From sequence record PZ445453.1: a stretch of 64,000 nucleotides of DNA. One strand, 5' to 3'. This DNA comes from a phage. Below the pieces are notes generated by a model, which saw only the letters and a program-made list of their open reading frames with translations, had not been told where the DNA came from and searched no databases. Positions 18,603 through 27,960 of the stretch are shown piece by piece. Positions within the stretch are counted from its first letter, which is position 1. Each line of letters opens with the position of its first letter. Both the position numbers and the translations under genes were made by a program.

Positions 18603-19265
18603 TTATTTAATATTCAATTTTGCACAAAGACGTTGTACCGCTTTGGCATCGAACAAACTCCCACGAATAGTTCTCTTTCCTGATTCATTCAGATGCTTTG
18701 CAATCGTCATATATGGCGTTTTACAAGCCCTGTATGCAACTAAAGAATCTTTTAAAGAAAGCGCAAACTCTTTTGAGCGTTTTGCTTCTTCCGTTTTCGT
18801 ATAATCTGTTCTTTTGTATTTAGGGTTTGCTGCACCAAGAAGCGTTCCCTTCGCTTTTGCTACCTTAAGGCTCTTCTTAACACGATCAGATATTGCACGA
18901 GCCTCTTCTTCTGCCAGAACTGCTAAAATATTTATTATCATATTTTCAGCGGAGGGCATCGTTGCTATTCGTACATTAATCATCTCTAACAAGGTTGCAA
19001 CAGAAGCTGTGTTACGTCCAAGACGGTCAACCTTAGCAACAACAAGTGTAGCACCTGTTTCTTTGCAAAGATTAACAGCTTTTACAAGCTCTCTACGTTG
19101 CTTCCAATCGCCTTTACCAGAATAAAACTCTGCAAAGCTACCTACAATAGTATAATTTTCTTGTGAATCCAGGAAGCGTTGGATATCTGCTTCCTGTGAT
19201 TCTATACCATACTGGTTGCCTTGTTGTTTCTTCTTAGAAAGTCGATGATACAGTACAAACTTCAT
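18603..19265 (-). CDS. serine recombinase (resolvase/invertase family)
   Basis: N-terminal YHRLS...Q with Ser nucleophile, VDRLGRN motif, C-terminal HTH-like segment. Confidence 0.75.
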   Translation of the reverse strand: MKFVLYHRLSKKKQQGNQYGIESQEADIQRFLDSQENYTIVGSFAEFYSGKGDWKQRRELVKAVNLCKETGATLVVAKVDRLGRNTASVATLLEMINVRIATMPSAENMIINILAVLAEEEARAISDRVKKSLKVAKAKGTLLGAANPKYKRTDYTKTEEAKRSKEFALSLKDSLVAYRACKTPYMTIAKHLNESGKRTIRGSLFDAKAVQRLCAKLNIK

Positions 19266-19322
19266 AATACCCTCCTGTTCTGTTACAGGAAGTATGCACT
19301 ACCTTAACGTTAAAGTCAACAG

Positions 19323-19538
19323 TTAAGTAGTGGTAATATCATCTTCTTGAATATCAGGATCAACTTCTGCAAAGATAGCTTCTACAGGAATTTCTTCACC
19401 TGCTATTCTAGAAAGAAGCACTGAACCAATAGCTTTTGCGTGTTCTTCGGATTCCGCATAAACATTAGTCCCTGTGTCTTTTTTCTTAGTTTCGTTAAAA
19501 TATACCAGATAGTAATTGTATGCCATTATTCTTCCCAA
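19323..19538 (-). CDS. hypothetical protein
   Basis: 71-aa ORF. Confidence 0.45.
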   Translation of the reverse strand: MGRIMAYNYYLVYFNETKKKDTGTNVYAESEEHAKAIGSVLLSRIAGEEIPVEAIFAEVDPDIQEDDITTT

Positions 19539-19777
19539 TCGTTGTTACGAGCATTTTCAAGAACCTTGACAACTTCTGCATACTCTACAGCTAAACCAGC
19601 ACACACTTCAGCTTGTTTTGCAATTGCTTGTTTAAAGAACATAGCGATTGCAACACTCTGTGTTGTGTGAATGTTATCTGCTTTAGTTGATACGTGAAGA
19701 TCAAAATCTTCTTCATCAAAGGTGAGTTCCATAGTAACAATAAATTTCTCGGTCATAAAAATGCTCCTCTTAAACAA
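19526..19777 (-). CDS. hypothetical protein
   Basis: 83-aa ORF. Confidence 0.45.
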   Translation of the reverse strand: MFKRSIFMTEKFIVTMELTFDEEDFDLHVSTKADNIHTTQSVAIAMFFKQAIAKQAEVCAGLAVEYAEVVKVLENARNNDWEE

Positions 19778-20279
19778 AATAGAAAGGTTGAGTTAAACCC
19801 AGCCTGTTTTTTGGGTCGTAGACGTACCAAGCATATGCTGTCTTATCAGTACCACCTGCAACAAAAGATGGTCGTTCAGAAAGAACAATCAAATTTGTTG
19901 GTGGATTCTGTTTATGGAATTCCCTTCGTTTAATAGACTCTAGGAACCCAAGACGCAACAAGTATATGCAAACGTCTGCTTCTTTTAAGCTCTTTTGCAA
20001 GAACTCAAGTGCAAGTCTGAATGGTGGATTTGTGATTATAATATCCGGCTTAGTATGCCATTCGTGGTTAAAATAATCCTTCCCTTCTTCTAACTCACAA
20101 TATTCTGATCCTTCTGGAAAATGTTGATAAATTGCAGCAGCAGCGCCTTTACACGGTTCTGCAAAAATAAAACCTTCTTCTTTAAGGTTATTAAAATCTA
20201 TTACACTAAATAATGCATTTATACATTTTTGTGGAGTAGGATAGTAATCAGTTGGTGGACGATCATACTTATTTGCCAC
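19770..20279 (-). CDS. putative DNA N6-adenine methyltransferase (small)
   Basis: IITNPPF (motif IV N/DPPF/Y) and EPCKGAAA (SAM-binding-like). Confidence 0.55.
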   Translation of the reverse strand: MANKYDRPPTDYYPTPQKCINALFSVIDFNNLKEEGFIFAEPCKGAAAAIYQHFPEGSEYCELEEGKDYFNHEWHTKPDIIITNPPFRLALEFLQKSLKEADVCIYLLRLGFLESIKRREFHKQNPPTNLIVLSERPSFVAGGTDKTAYAWYVYDPKNRLGLTQPFYFV

Positions 20280-20697
20280 TACTTAAAATCTCCTCTTTTG
20301 TGATTTCAGGGTTTTCTTCAAAAACCATAATATCTCTTAAGAACGTTAATTCTTCCATAGATACTGGTATTGTATCTTCTTCTGTTTTTCGTTTACATAA
20401 ATCGTCAAGAAAGTTTTTAATGTTTTCTGACACATCGTAAAATTTCAACAGTTGATAATCACAGGAGGAGATCCTATCTAGTTCTAACATCCTTTCTAAG
20501 ATATTTTCTGTGTTGCCGTACAACACACGAACTTCTCCGAAAGGGTTGACTAAATATTGTGAATTTCTAAACCATCCCTTTTTAGATACAGTGTAACGCT
20601 GTTCTGCTAAACTTTCAATAAAATTTTTAGCTCTTTTACAGTTTTGTTCTAAAGAGTAGTAGGCTTTTTCTACAAATATTACAGGTACTGGTAACAT
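20269..20697 (-). CDS. hypothetical protein
   Basis: 142-aa ORF; GGAGGA RBS. Confidence 0.5.
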   Translation of the reverse strand: MLPVPVIFVEKAYYSLEQNCKRAKNFIESLAEQRYTVSKKGWFRNSQYLVNPFGEVRVLYGNTENILERMLELDRISSCDYQLLKFYDVSENIKNFLDDLCKRKTEEDTIPVSMEELTFLRDIMVFEENPEITKEEILSSGK

Positions 20698-20737
20698 ATC
20701 TCCTCCTAATAACCCCCTTAAGGGGGTTTATGATAGA

Positions 20738-21391
20738 TTAATTATCAGAGGATACTTTATCAAGTTTTTCAGAGACTGTCAATACTTTTTCTTGTGATTC
20801 TTTCATTTCTGCTAAAATACTTTCAGCTTCATCACTATCAGGATCACCAGTCAACAGCATACTAATTAGTTGCTCCTTGCTGAAGTTGAGAATATCTTCC
20901 GCTGTTAACTCCAGTTGTTCTTCGATCTCTTCGATAAAAGTTTCACCGCCTGAAAAAGCATCTCGTAGTTTTGCAACTTCCATCGCTTCTTCTGGGGTTG
21001 CCCCAGCATCTAAAGCTGCTAAAGCAAAATCTGCCCCACTACCAACTGCATAATAATCTTCAGTTAAAGGATATGCTCGCGTTGGATTATTACCCTCGTG
21101 CATATAAATTTTACCGTCAGGGTGAACAACCAATGCCACAAACTCTTCATCTTCTTTATCAGGATCTGACTGGATCACCAAACCTGGGATTGTCTCTTGT
21201 GCTGCCTGGCATTGTAAGTTTTGTTCAAACCAAGAAAAGAAAGTCAGGATAGAAGATAGACGTCCTGCACCACCAACGAGGTAGTCCCCAATTTTACGCA
21301 CTTTCTTGAAATTTAAAGTGTCTACACGACTACCTACTGTTACTTTACCATCAGACAGAATTTTGTTACGTGTTGCAATAATTGTTGTCAT
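20738..21391 (-). CDS. hslV: HslV-like Ntn-hydrolase peptidase with C-terminal acidic extension
   Basis: M-TTIIA N-terminus (Thr nucleophile), KVRKIGDYLVGGAG, AVGSGADFALAAL align to HslV TTIVS / KVRRL...AGFAGG / AIGSGG blocks. Confidence 0.65.
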   Translation of the reverse strand: MTTIIATRNKILSDGKVTVGSRVDTLNFKKVRKIGDYLVGGAGRLSSILTFFSWFEQNLQCQAAQETIPGLVIQSDPDKEDEEFVALVVHPDGKIYMHEGNNPTRAYPLTEDYYAVGSGADFALAALDAGATPEEAMEVAKLRDAFSGGETFIEEIEEQLELTAEDILNFSKEQLISMLLTGDPDSDEAESILAEMKESQEKVLTVSEKLDKVSSDN

Positions 21392-21882
21392 TATACTTCC
21401 TCCTGTAGTGTTTTAAGGACTGCTTTACCACCGCTTACATATTTACGGAGATAATCAATAGCTCTTAGTGTTTCTTTATCCACAAGAATTTTATTAGTTC
21501 TTGTTAGTGGATGATTTAGTAAATCACTGCAATTTCTTACTAACATAGATTTCTTGTGAAAGATGCTGCTAAGAAAAAGAAGTTTACAATCTTCTTCATC
21601 AATTAGGAGTAATTCTGAATTAGACCCAGCTACATTTATTATACACTCAAACAAGCCTTCTTGACTATCAGATAATTCCTGGTAATATTTAGTTAGCCAA
21701 TCCTCTCCTTTCAACCAACTAAAAAACATCTGAACTTTTTGCAAAGTTGTCATGTTCTCTAAACGAAGAGATATTTCTTTTTCAATCTTGTCAATATAAA
21801 TCTGTCTAAACTCATTCGGCTTAACTAAGCCAGCTTGATAGCATTCATCAATACCATTGCGATCAATCTCAATTAGCGTCAT
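21391..21882 (-). CDS. hypothetical protein
   Basis: 163-aa ORF, ATGA overlap with HslV-like gene. Confidence 0.5.
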   Translation of the reverse strand: MTLIEIDRNGIDECYQAGLVKPNEFRQIYIDKIEKEISLRLENMTTLQKVQMFFSWLKGEDWLTKYYQELSDSQEGLFECIINVAGSNSELLLIDEEDCKLLFLSSIFHKKSMLVRNCSDLLNHPLTRTNKILVDKETLRAIDYLRKYVSGGKAVLKTLQEEV

Positions 21883-21918
21883 TTAACCTCCATAACAGGC
21901 ATCCTTGCCTTGTAATTA

Positions 21919-22671
21919 TTAATATACTTCCGTGATGAACTGAGACAAACGGGAACGTTGGTTATCAGCAGTTGTCATTTCAACATAACCAATAAAATCT
22001 ACAATAGCTTCCCTTTCTCCTTCTTCGTTAATAGGAACAACACGATCTAACAAATCACCTAACCCATTAGCTCTTCGTTTAATTGCATATGTTTGATTAA
22101 CATCGCCCATAATGACAATACGTGTATTAAGACCTGCTCGCTCAAGGAGAAGTTTTACTGTATTTGGTGACATAAGTTGAACTTCATCAATAAGAATAAT
22201 GCTGTTATCCCACGTAGCACCTAGTGCATAGTTTGGAATATTAAGTTCAATTTTGCCACTTGCAATATCGTTTTCCAATTTATTTGCAGTCATAAACTGT
22301 TGGAAAATTCTTTTAGTTGATTCGTAGTGTGCTGCTAGTTTATCAGTCTTATCTCCAGATAAGAAACCAATCTGATCATCACCTACTTCTGTCGGGTTTT
22401 TAAGGAAAATCAACTTTCTGAAGTCACCAGCTTTAAGCATTTGCAATGCTTTCCATAGTGCTGTTGTTGTTTTTCCTGTTCCTGCTGGGGCATTAACAAT
22501 GGTTAAATCATTCCAAACCATGCTTCTTACAATAGCTTCTTGATTCCCAACAGGGGTAAATTCATCAAGACGGTAATCATCATTTCCTACTGCTTTAGCC
22601 GCATAACGACTGGCACGTTTGTCATCATTGGCTGCTGATTGACGACGAGCCTTTGCGGTTTTATTTCCCAT
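21919..22671 (-). CDS. phoH: PhoH-like ATPase
   Basis: Walker A NAPAGTGKTTTAL and PhoH-like context. Confidence 0.85.
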   Translation of the reverse strand: MGNKTAKARRQSAANDDKRASRYAAKAVGNDDYRLDEFTPVGNQEAIVRSMVWNDLTIVNAPAGTGKTTTALWKALQMLKAGDFRKLIFLKNPTEVGDDQIGFLSGDKTDKLAAHYESTKRIFQQFMTANKLENDIASGKIELNIPNYALGATWDNSIILIDEVQLMSPNTVKLLLERAGLNTRIVIMGDVNQTYAIKRRANGLGDLLDRVVPINEEGEREAIVDFIGYVEMTTADNQRSRLSQFITEVY

Positions 22672-22685
22672 GTTTGCACTCCTTA

Positions 22686-22708
22686 TAAAAGGGGCTTTCG
22701 CCCCTTTG
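22686..22708 (-). terminator. intrinsic terminator (bidirectional-looking)
   Basis: AGGGGC-TTTC-GCCCCT hairpin with T-runs on both sides. Confidence 0.6.
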
Positions 22709-22709
22709 T

Positions 22710-23210
22710 TTAGTTATAAGCGTCTAATGTTCCAGTTTTAAGTACCTGAATTACACGCTCTGCGCGATTAGGCGTTTGGCGATACCATTTACTTTTACGT
22801 AAATTTATAGAGGCTTGAGTATAATATGAATTACTCACTAAAGTCAAGCTATTTTTGAAAGATTCTGCACCTTTCAATCCCATTTGAAATACCATATTAA
22901 TAATAGCCATTTTACGATTAGGACTTACTTTATCGTAAATAGGAGATAATATGGTACTTGAATGGATTTGTTGTATCGCTTTCTTTACGTCACTCTCAAA
23001 GATTTTTCTAGCTTCCGCTTCAGTAATAACTCCATTGGTTTTTCTACCTACTAAGTTATCAAGAATGCGTATAGCTTCTGCTTTATCTTTGAGTTTTGTC
23101 AGAAGGTGTCCAATACCAACTGTCCAATACCCTTCGGTATCAGGATATACAGTTAGCTTTAGTCCTTCATCAAAACGTAACATATCAAACACATCAACTA
23201 CTTTAGCCAT
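22710..23210 (-). CDS. endolysin, T4 e-type lysozyme
   Basis: Near-collinear with T4 lysozyme: DEGLKLTVYPDTEGYWTVGIGHLLTK, INMVFQMG, SRWYRQTPNRAERV. Confidence 0.9.
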   Translation of the reverse strand: MAKVVDVFDMLRFDEGLKLTVYPDTEGYWTVGIGHLLTKLKDKAEAIRILDNLVGRKTNGVITEAEARKIFESDVKKAIQQIHSSTILSPIYDKVSPNRKMAIINMVFQMGLKGAESFKNSLTLVSNSYYTQASINLRKSKWYRQTPNRAERVIQVLKTGTLDAYN

Positions 23211-23222
23211 GTTTTCCTTATA

Positions 23223-23366
23223 TTAGTCGCCCTCCCCATGATCTAGCTCTTGAAACAGTAGGTGTTCAGGAGACATTTCACGTTTAGGCTTCGTCTTTTT
23301 AGTTTGGGACTTAAGCTCTGTTGCCAAAGCACGAGAAAAGATCTTACGTTTTTGTTTACCTTTCAT
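23223..23366 (-). CDS. small basic protein (sub-threshold ORF)
   Basis: 47-aa Lys-rich ORF not in supplied track. Confidence 0.3.
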   Translation of the reverse strand: MKGKQKRKIFSRALATELKSQTKKTKPKREMSPEHLLFQELDHGEGD

Positions 23367-23370
23367 ATTG

Positions 23371-23637
23371 TTACTCCGCAATCTGAGCCATGAATTCACG
23401 TAGTTCAGAAAAACCTCCTACGTGGGTTAGCTGTTCACCATCTTCCACAAAAATCTGAGGGAATGTGCGTGGTAGAACACCTGTTTTCTCTAAAACCAGA
23501 TTCTGAATCTGATCTAAAGAATAGTCTTCATCTAAGGTAAGGTATTTAAAATCCTGTTCACGCTGTTCTAGTAGAATCTTAGCGTTAGTGCAGAAAGGAC
23601 AATTTGGTTTACCGTAGATAATAAAATTCATTTTCAC
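23371..23637 (-). CDS. glutaredoxin/NrdH-like redoxin
   Basis: CPFC active site near N-terminus, ~88 aa. Confidence 0.75.
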   Translation of the reverse strand: MKMNFIIYGKPNCPFCTNAKILLEQREQDFKYLTLDEDYSLDQIQNLVLEKTGVLPRTFPQIFVEDGEQLTHVGGFSELREFMAQIAE

Positions 23638-24464
23638 TCCTTGTTTAAAAGTATAGTTAAAGTTCTTACAATACCGCTGTCAACACTTCGCGGATTTAAA
23701 GTAGGATCTGTTTTTAAATAAGATGTTGCTGGTCTGACTGCTTTGGAATTATAGGTTGAAGCAGACACAGGATTAACTGTAACAGATAAATCTATAACAA
23801 GAAATATCTTTCGTGCAAAATCATACCAAGAAATATAATCTGCACCTGCATAGTGTACAATTTTACTGTTTACACCATCTTTTACAAGTTTAAAAATTGT
23901 TTCTGCAAGATCAGGTGCATAAGTAGGACATGATAAATGATCACATACTACATTAAATTCTTTTTGACCACCGTTGTAGCGTTCCAACATAGTTTTCAAA
24001 AAGTTATGTCCAAATTCACTATAAACAGAAGCTGTTCTGATAATAAGTGCTGTAGGACAAACTGTTTGTACTAAAGTTTCACCTAATTGTTTACTGTAAC
24101 CGTAGATGTTCAAGGGGTTTGTTTTACTGTCTTCTGTGCCAGCAACATTCCCATCAAAAACATAGTCTGTTGAAATATGTACAAACTGTATCAGTAAATC
24201 ATTACATGCTTTGGCAATGTTTGTTGCACCGTATGCATTAACATTTATACAGGTGTTAACATCTTCTTCAGCTTTATCTACTGCCGTGTAAGCCGCACAA
24301 TTCACAACAACATCAGGCATATGCTGTACAAGACTATCCATAACATCTTTAAAGTTGGTAATGTCTACATCACTTGCTTCAATCAAAATAACATCTTCGG
24401 GCGCAACTTTTGCCAAAGACTGTCCTAATTGACCTTTTGAACCAAAGACTAAAAATTTTGTCAA
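23634..24464 (-). CDS. rmlD: dTDP-4-dehydrorhamnose reductase
   Basis: N-terminal FGSKGQLG Rossmann motif, YxxxK, ~276 aa, directly downstream of rmlC. Confidence 0.8.
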   Translation of the reverse strand: MTKFLVFGSKGQLGQSLAKVAPEDVILIEASDVDITNFKDVMDSLVQHMPDVVVNCAAYTAVDKAEEDVNTCINVNAYGATNIAKACNDLLIQFVHISTDYVFDGNVAGTEDSKTNPLNIYGYSKQLGETLVQTVCPTALIIRTASVYSEFGHNFLKTMLERYNGGQKEFNVVCDHLSCPTYAPDLAETIFKLVKDGVNSKIVHYAGADYISWYDFARKIFLVIDLSVTVNPVSASTYNSKAVRPATSYLKTDPTLNPRSVDSGIVRTLTILLNKE

Positions 24465-25015
24465 AATATGATCTCCTTTAGTGTTTTGGCTTCCTGATCT
24501 TTTTGTGACAAGATAGGTTTAAAATTAATATCATTAAAGATTAAATCAAAACCCCAATCTATATTGATATCTGGATCATTCCACGCAAGACTACACTCTG
24601 AAGTCGGATCGTAATATTCTGTACATTTGTATTCAAAATCAGCAATATCGCTAATCACAACAAAGCCATGAGCGAAACCAGGAGGAATCCAAAATTGTGT
24701 TTTATTCTTTTCAGATAAGAGAACACCTACCCATTCTCCAAATGTTGGACTACCAACCCTAATATCTACAGCAACATCATAAACTTCACCACGAACACAA
24801 CGTACTAACTTCCCTTGTGGGTTTTTCTTTTGAAAATGAAGCCCACGTAGAACTCCTCGGATAGAACGTGAATGGTTATCTTGGACAAAGTTTTGTTTAC
24901 CTATGTATTGATCATATAAAGCCTGATTAAAACTTTCTAAGAAAAAGCCACGTTCATCTCCATAAACGTCAGGTTGAATGATCAACAAGTCTTCGATTTT
25001 TGTTGCTTGAATCAT
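24461..25015 (-). CDS. rmlC: dTDP-4-dehydrorhamnose 3,5-epimerase
   Basis: RGLHFQ cupin motif, ~184 aa. Confidence 0.85.
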   Translation of the reverse strand: MIQATKIEDLLIIQPDVYGDERGFFLESFNQALYDQYIGKQNFVQDNHSRSIRGVLRGLHFQKKNPQGKLVRCVRGEVYDVAVDIRVGSPTFGEWVGVLLSEKNKTQFWIPPGFAHGFVVISDIADFEYKCTEYYDPTSECSLAWNDPDINIDWGFDLIFNDINFKPILSQKDQEAKTLKEIIF

Positions 25016-25026
25016 TTAATTCCCCT

Positions 25027-25896
25027 TTATTTTAATTTAAGTAAATACTTACCGTAGTCTGTTTTACTTAAAACCTCTCCAGAACTTTTTACAGAATCTA
25101 AAGTAATCCATTCATTTTTAAAAGCAATCTCTTCCAGGCATGCAACCTTCATACCTTGTTGCTTCTCTATTGCATGAACAAATTGAGATGCTTCCATAAG
25201 ACTTTCATGTGTTCCTGTATCCAACCAAGTGAAACCTCTTCCTAGTTTACAGACACGTAAAGTCTTTTCTTTCCGGTACATCTCATTTATATCTGTAATC
25301 TCTAACTCCCCTCTAGCAGAAGGTTTAACGCTTTTAGCTTTCTGTATAACAGAATTATCGTAAAAGTACAAGCCTGTAACTGCATAATTGCTTTTTGGTG
25401 TTTTTGGTTTTTCTTCAATACTCACCACTGTACCTTCAGAATCAAACTCAACAACACCAAATCTTTCAGGATCATTTACGTGATACCCAAAGATATTAGC
25501 TCCACCATTCTTTTCAATATGTTCTTTAGCAGAATCTAAAATGCTACCAAAACTCTGACCAAAGAATAAATTATCACCTAGCACAAGTGCTACAGAATCT
25601 TCACCAATAAAGTTCTCACCAATAATAAATGCTTCTGCTAAACCTTTTGGGCTATTCTGTACTGCATACTGTAGGGAAATACCAAAAGAAGAACCATCAC
25701 CTAGAAGATTTACAAAATTAATTTGATCTTCTGGTGTTGTAATTATTAGTATTTCCCTAATTCCAGAAAGCATTAGGACAGAGAGTGGATAATAAATCAT
25801 AGGCTTATCATAAATTGGTAATAGTTGTTTACTAATCCCTTTAGTAACTGGGTAAAGTCTTGTTCCACTACCACCTGCTAAGATAATACCTTTCAT
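25027..25896 (-). CDS. rmlA: glucose-1-phosphate thymidylyltransferase
   Basis: [19 protein letters not shown]-terminus, ~289 aa. Confidence 0.9.
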   Translation of the reverse strand: MKGIILAGGSGTRLYPVTKGISKQLLPIYDKPMIYYPLSVLMLSGIREILIITTPEDQINFVNLLGDGSSFGISLQYAVQNSPKGLAEAFIIGENFIGEDSVALVLGDNLFFGQSFGSILDSAKEHIEKNGGANIFGYHVNDPERFGVVEFDSEGTVVSIEEKPKTPKSNYAVTGLYFYDNSVIQKAKSVKPSARGELEITDINEMYRKEKTLRVCKLGRGFTWLDTGTHESLMEASQFVHAIEKQQGMKVACLEEIAFKNEWITLDSVKSSGEVLSKTDYGKYLLKLK

Positions 25897-25904
25897 ACTC
25901 CTCC

Positions 25905-26894
25905 TTAAACTTTATTTTCCCACCACTCTTTGTTATCTACATACCAATCAATGGTTGAATAAAGTTTTTCTTCAAATGTGCCTTTAGCTTTCCACCCTAA
26001 TTCCTTTTCAATCTTATAAGGATTCACTTCGTATCTTAAATCATGTCCAGGTCTATCTGTAACCATCTCAATAAGGCTACAAGCATCTGTTTCAGATGGA
26101 TACACCGCATCCATATAATCACAAATCATATAGATTACATCAATATTAGTTCTAGGGTTTCTGCTCCCAATATTATATGTTTCTCCAGATTTGCCTTTAG
26201 TTACTACTAGGTGTAATGCTTCTGCGTGATCGTCAACGTATAACCAATCTCTTACTTGAAGACCATTGCCATAAACAGGGATTGGTTTATGCATCAAGAT
26301 ATTTGTTATCGTTTTAGGTATTAGTTTTTCTGGATGATGATATGCTCCAAAATTATTTGAACAATTTGTTATAACTGTCGGAATACCATAAGTACGATGC
26401 CACGCTCTTACCAAATGGTCGCTTGCAGCTTTAGATGCAGCATATGGACTACTTGGCTTATAAGGATTCTGTTCTGTAAACGGATAATCCCCTTCTTCCA
26501 TATCACCATACACTTCATCTGTTGAAATATGATGAAACATTTTAAGATTTGATTTATCTCCCATTAAACGAACAGCTTCTAGAAGATTAAATGTTCCAAC
26601 AATATTTGAATTTATAAAAACACTCGGTGATGCTATTGAATTATCTACGTGACTTTCTGCTGCAAGATGCATTATATAATCTGGATTAACATCTGCCACA
26701 ATCTTAGCAGTTAACTGAGCATTTGTCAAGTCAACACGACAAAACTTTACATTAGGTGTTTCTGATAAATTTCTAGGGTCTGAAGCGTAACCCCATTTAT
26801 CTATAACGTAAATATCATTCTTAGTGTTTTTAGCCAGGAAACGAACTACCGCACTTCCAATAAAGCCTAAACCACCTGTTACTAAGTATTTCAT
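25905..26894 (-). CDS. rmlB: dTDP-glucose 4,6-dehydratase
   Basis: [23 protein letters not shown] (YxxxK), RPGHDLRY. Confidence 0.9.
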   Translation of the reverse strand: MKYLVTGGLGFIGSAVVRFLAKNTKNDIYVIDKWGYASDPRNLSETPNVKFCRVDLTNAQLTAKIVADVNPDYIMHLAAESHVDNSIASPSVFINSNIVGTFNLLEAVRLMGDKSNLKMFHHISTDEVYGDMEEGDYPFTEQNPYKPSSPYAASKAASDHLVRAWHRTYGIPTVITNCSNNFGAYHHPEKLIPKTITNILMHKPIPVYGNGLQVRDWLYVDDHAEALHLVVTKGKSGETYNIGSRNPRTNIDVIYMICDYMDAVYPSETDACSLIEMVTDRPGHDLRYEVNPYKIEKELGWKAKGTFEEKLYSTIDWYVDNKEWWENKV

Positions 26895-27088
26895 TTAGTC
26901 TCCTTCCAATTATTCCCTTCAGTAAAAACAATACCTTCATAAAATAACCATCTGGAACCTTTTTTAACAGGAACAGGAAGCTCTTCTTCAGTAAAGTTAT
27001 AAACCTCTCTAGCATCTTCTAAAAGTGATGCAAATGTTTTTGGACTTACTGTTACGCGAGGAGCATTGATCAGTTGATCTAGCATCAT
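26891..27088 (-). CDS. hypothetical protein
   Basis: Start trimmed to ATG 27088 preceded by AGGAGG. Confidence 0.4.
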   Translation of the reverse strand: MMLDQLINAPRVTVSPKTFASLLEDAREVYNFTEEELPVPVKKGSRWLFYEGIVFTEGNNWKETK

Positions 27089-27101
27089 TCTACTATCCTC
27101 C

Positions 27102-27428
27102 TTACCAAACGTGTTGAGAAATAATAGTTTCCGTTTCAATGTTATATTTTTCAAGAAGTTGTGCATAGGCTTCTTTTGCATTCTTATTTAGTTGCTCAAG
27201 ATCTACAGCTATACTTCCTTCGCCACCTTCTAAATAAATCCCATATATGCAATAAGATGCATCAGCGTCATAGAAAGGTGAGATACGGCTTAAATCAAGA
27301 CCTTCTTGTAAGAACCAATTAAAATCTCCATCAAATTCTTCTTCAATTCTAGGATCTTCTCCTACAGCCTCTTCCCATTTATTAAAAGGTGCACCCTGTA
27401 ACATACGCCATGCAATATCAACTCCCAC
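27102..27428 (-). CDS. hypothetical acidic protein
   Basis: 108-aa ORF. Confidence 0.5.
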   Translation of the reverse strand: MGVDIAWRMLQGAPFNKWEEAVGEDPRIEEEFDGDFNWFLQEGLDLSRISPFYDADASYCIYGIYLEGGEGSIAVDLEQLNKNAKEAYAQLLEKYNIETETIISQHVW

Positions 27429-27564
27429 TATCTTCCTCCTCTTCTTTTTCTTCTGTATGAACGAAACCTAAGCCGTTACAATTCCAACAAGGAATAAATT
27501 GTTCCATACTAACAATAAAATTCCCAGTACCACCGCAGATAGGACAAATGCTTACATCATCCAT
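27418..27564 (-). CDS. small zinc-ribbon protein (sub-threshold ORF)
   Basis: 48-aa ORF not in supplied track; CPICGG...CWNCNG. Confidence 0.3.
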   Translation of the reverse strand: MDDVSICPICGGTGNFIVSMEQFIPCWNCNGLGFVHTEEKEEEEDSGS

Positions 27565-27566
27565 TA

Positions 27567-27773
27567 TTAAAGCTCCTCAATCTTTTCTAACATCTGTTTT
27601 AACTCATTCTCTGTTAACAGAATTTCTGTGATACCATCATAAGTTTCTACCATCAGAGTAAAACATTTCTCTCCATCTGAACACACAAAAGCACCACCTT
27701 CATCTTCTGTTAAGTCAGAATTAATATCTACATCAACAAAATCAATCATCTTTTTCTCCTTTGATAATTTCAA
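27567..27773 (-). CDS. hypothetical protein
   Basis: 68-aa ORF. Confidence 0.45.
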   Translation of the reverse strand: MKLSKEKKMIDFVDVDINSDLTEDEGGAFVCSDGEKCFTLMVETYDGITEILLTENELKQMLEKIEEL

Positions 27774-27960
27774 ACTTGGCTACACCATTAACTATAATAT
27801 GACCGCAAGACATAACTCCTAGCCAATGATCACCATTCTTTTTTAAACGTTTACCGTAAACATCACAGAAACCATTCTGTAATTCGGAAGCCTCATAAGA
27901 GGCTCCCTTTTCGAAAACGTCTTTGAAGTCAGAAATTAATCCAACACAAAGTAGTTTCAT
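27742..27960 (-). CDS. hypothetical protein
   Basis: 72-aa ORF. Confidence 0.45.
   Translation of the reverse strand: MKLLCVGLISDFKDVFEKGASYEASELQNGFCDVYGKRLKKNGDHWLGVMSCGHIIVNGVAKFEIIKGEKDD

Noticed and set aside
18603-19265. Prophage integration module around the serine recombinase
   Set aside because: No tyrosine integrase, repressor, attachment-site repeat or host flanking genes; the rest of the window is contiguous virulent-phage content.
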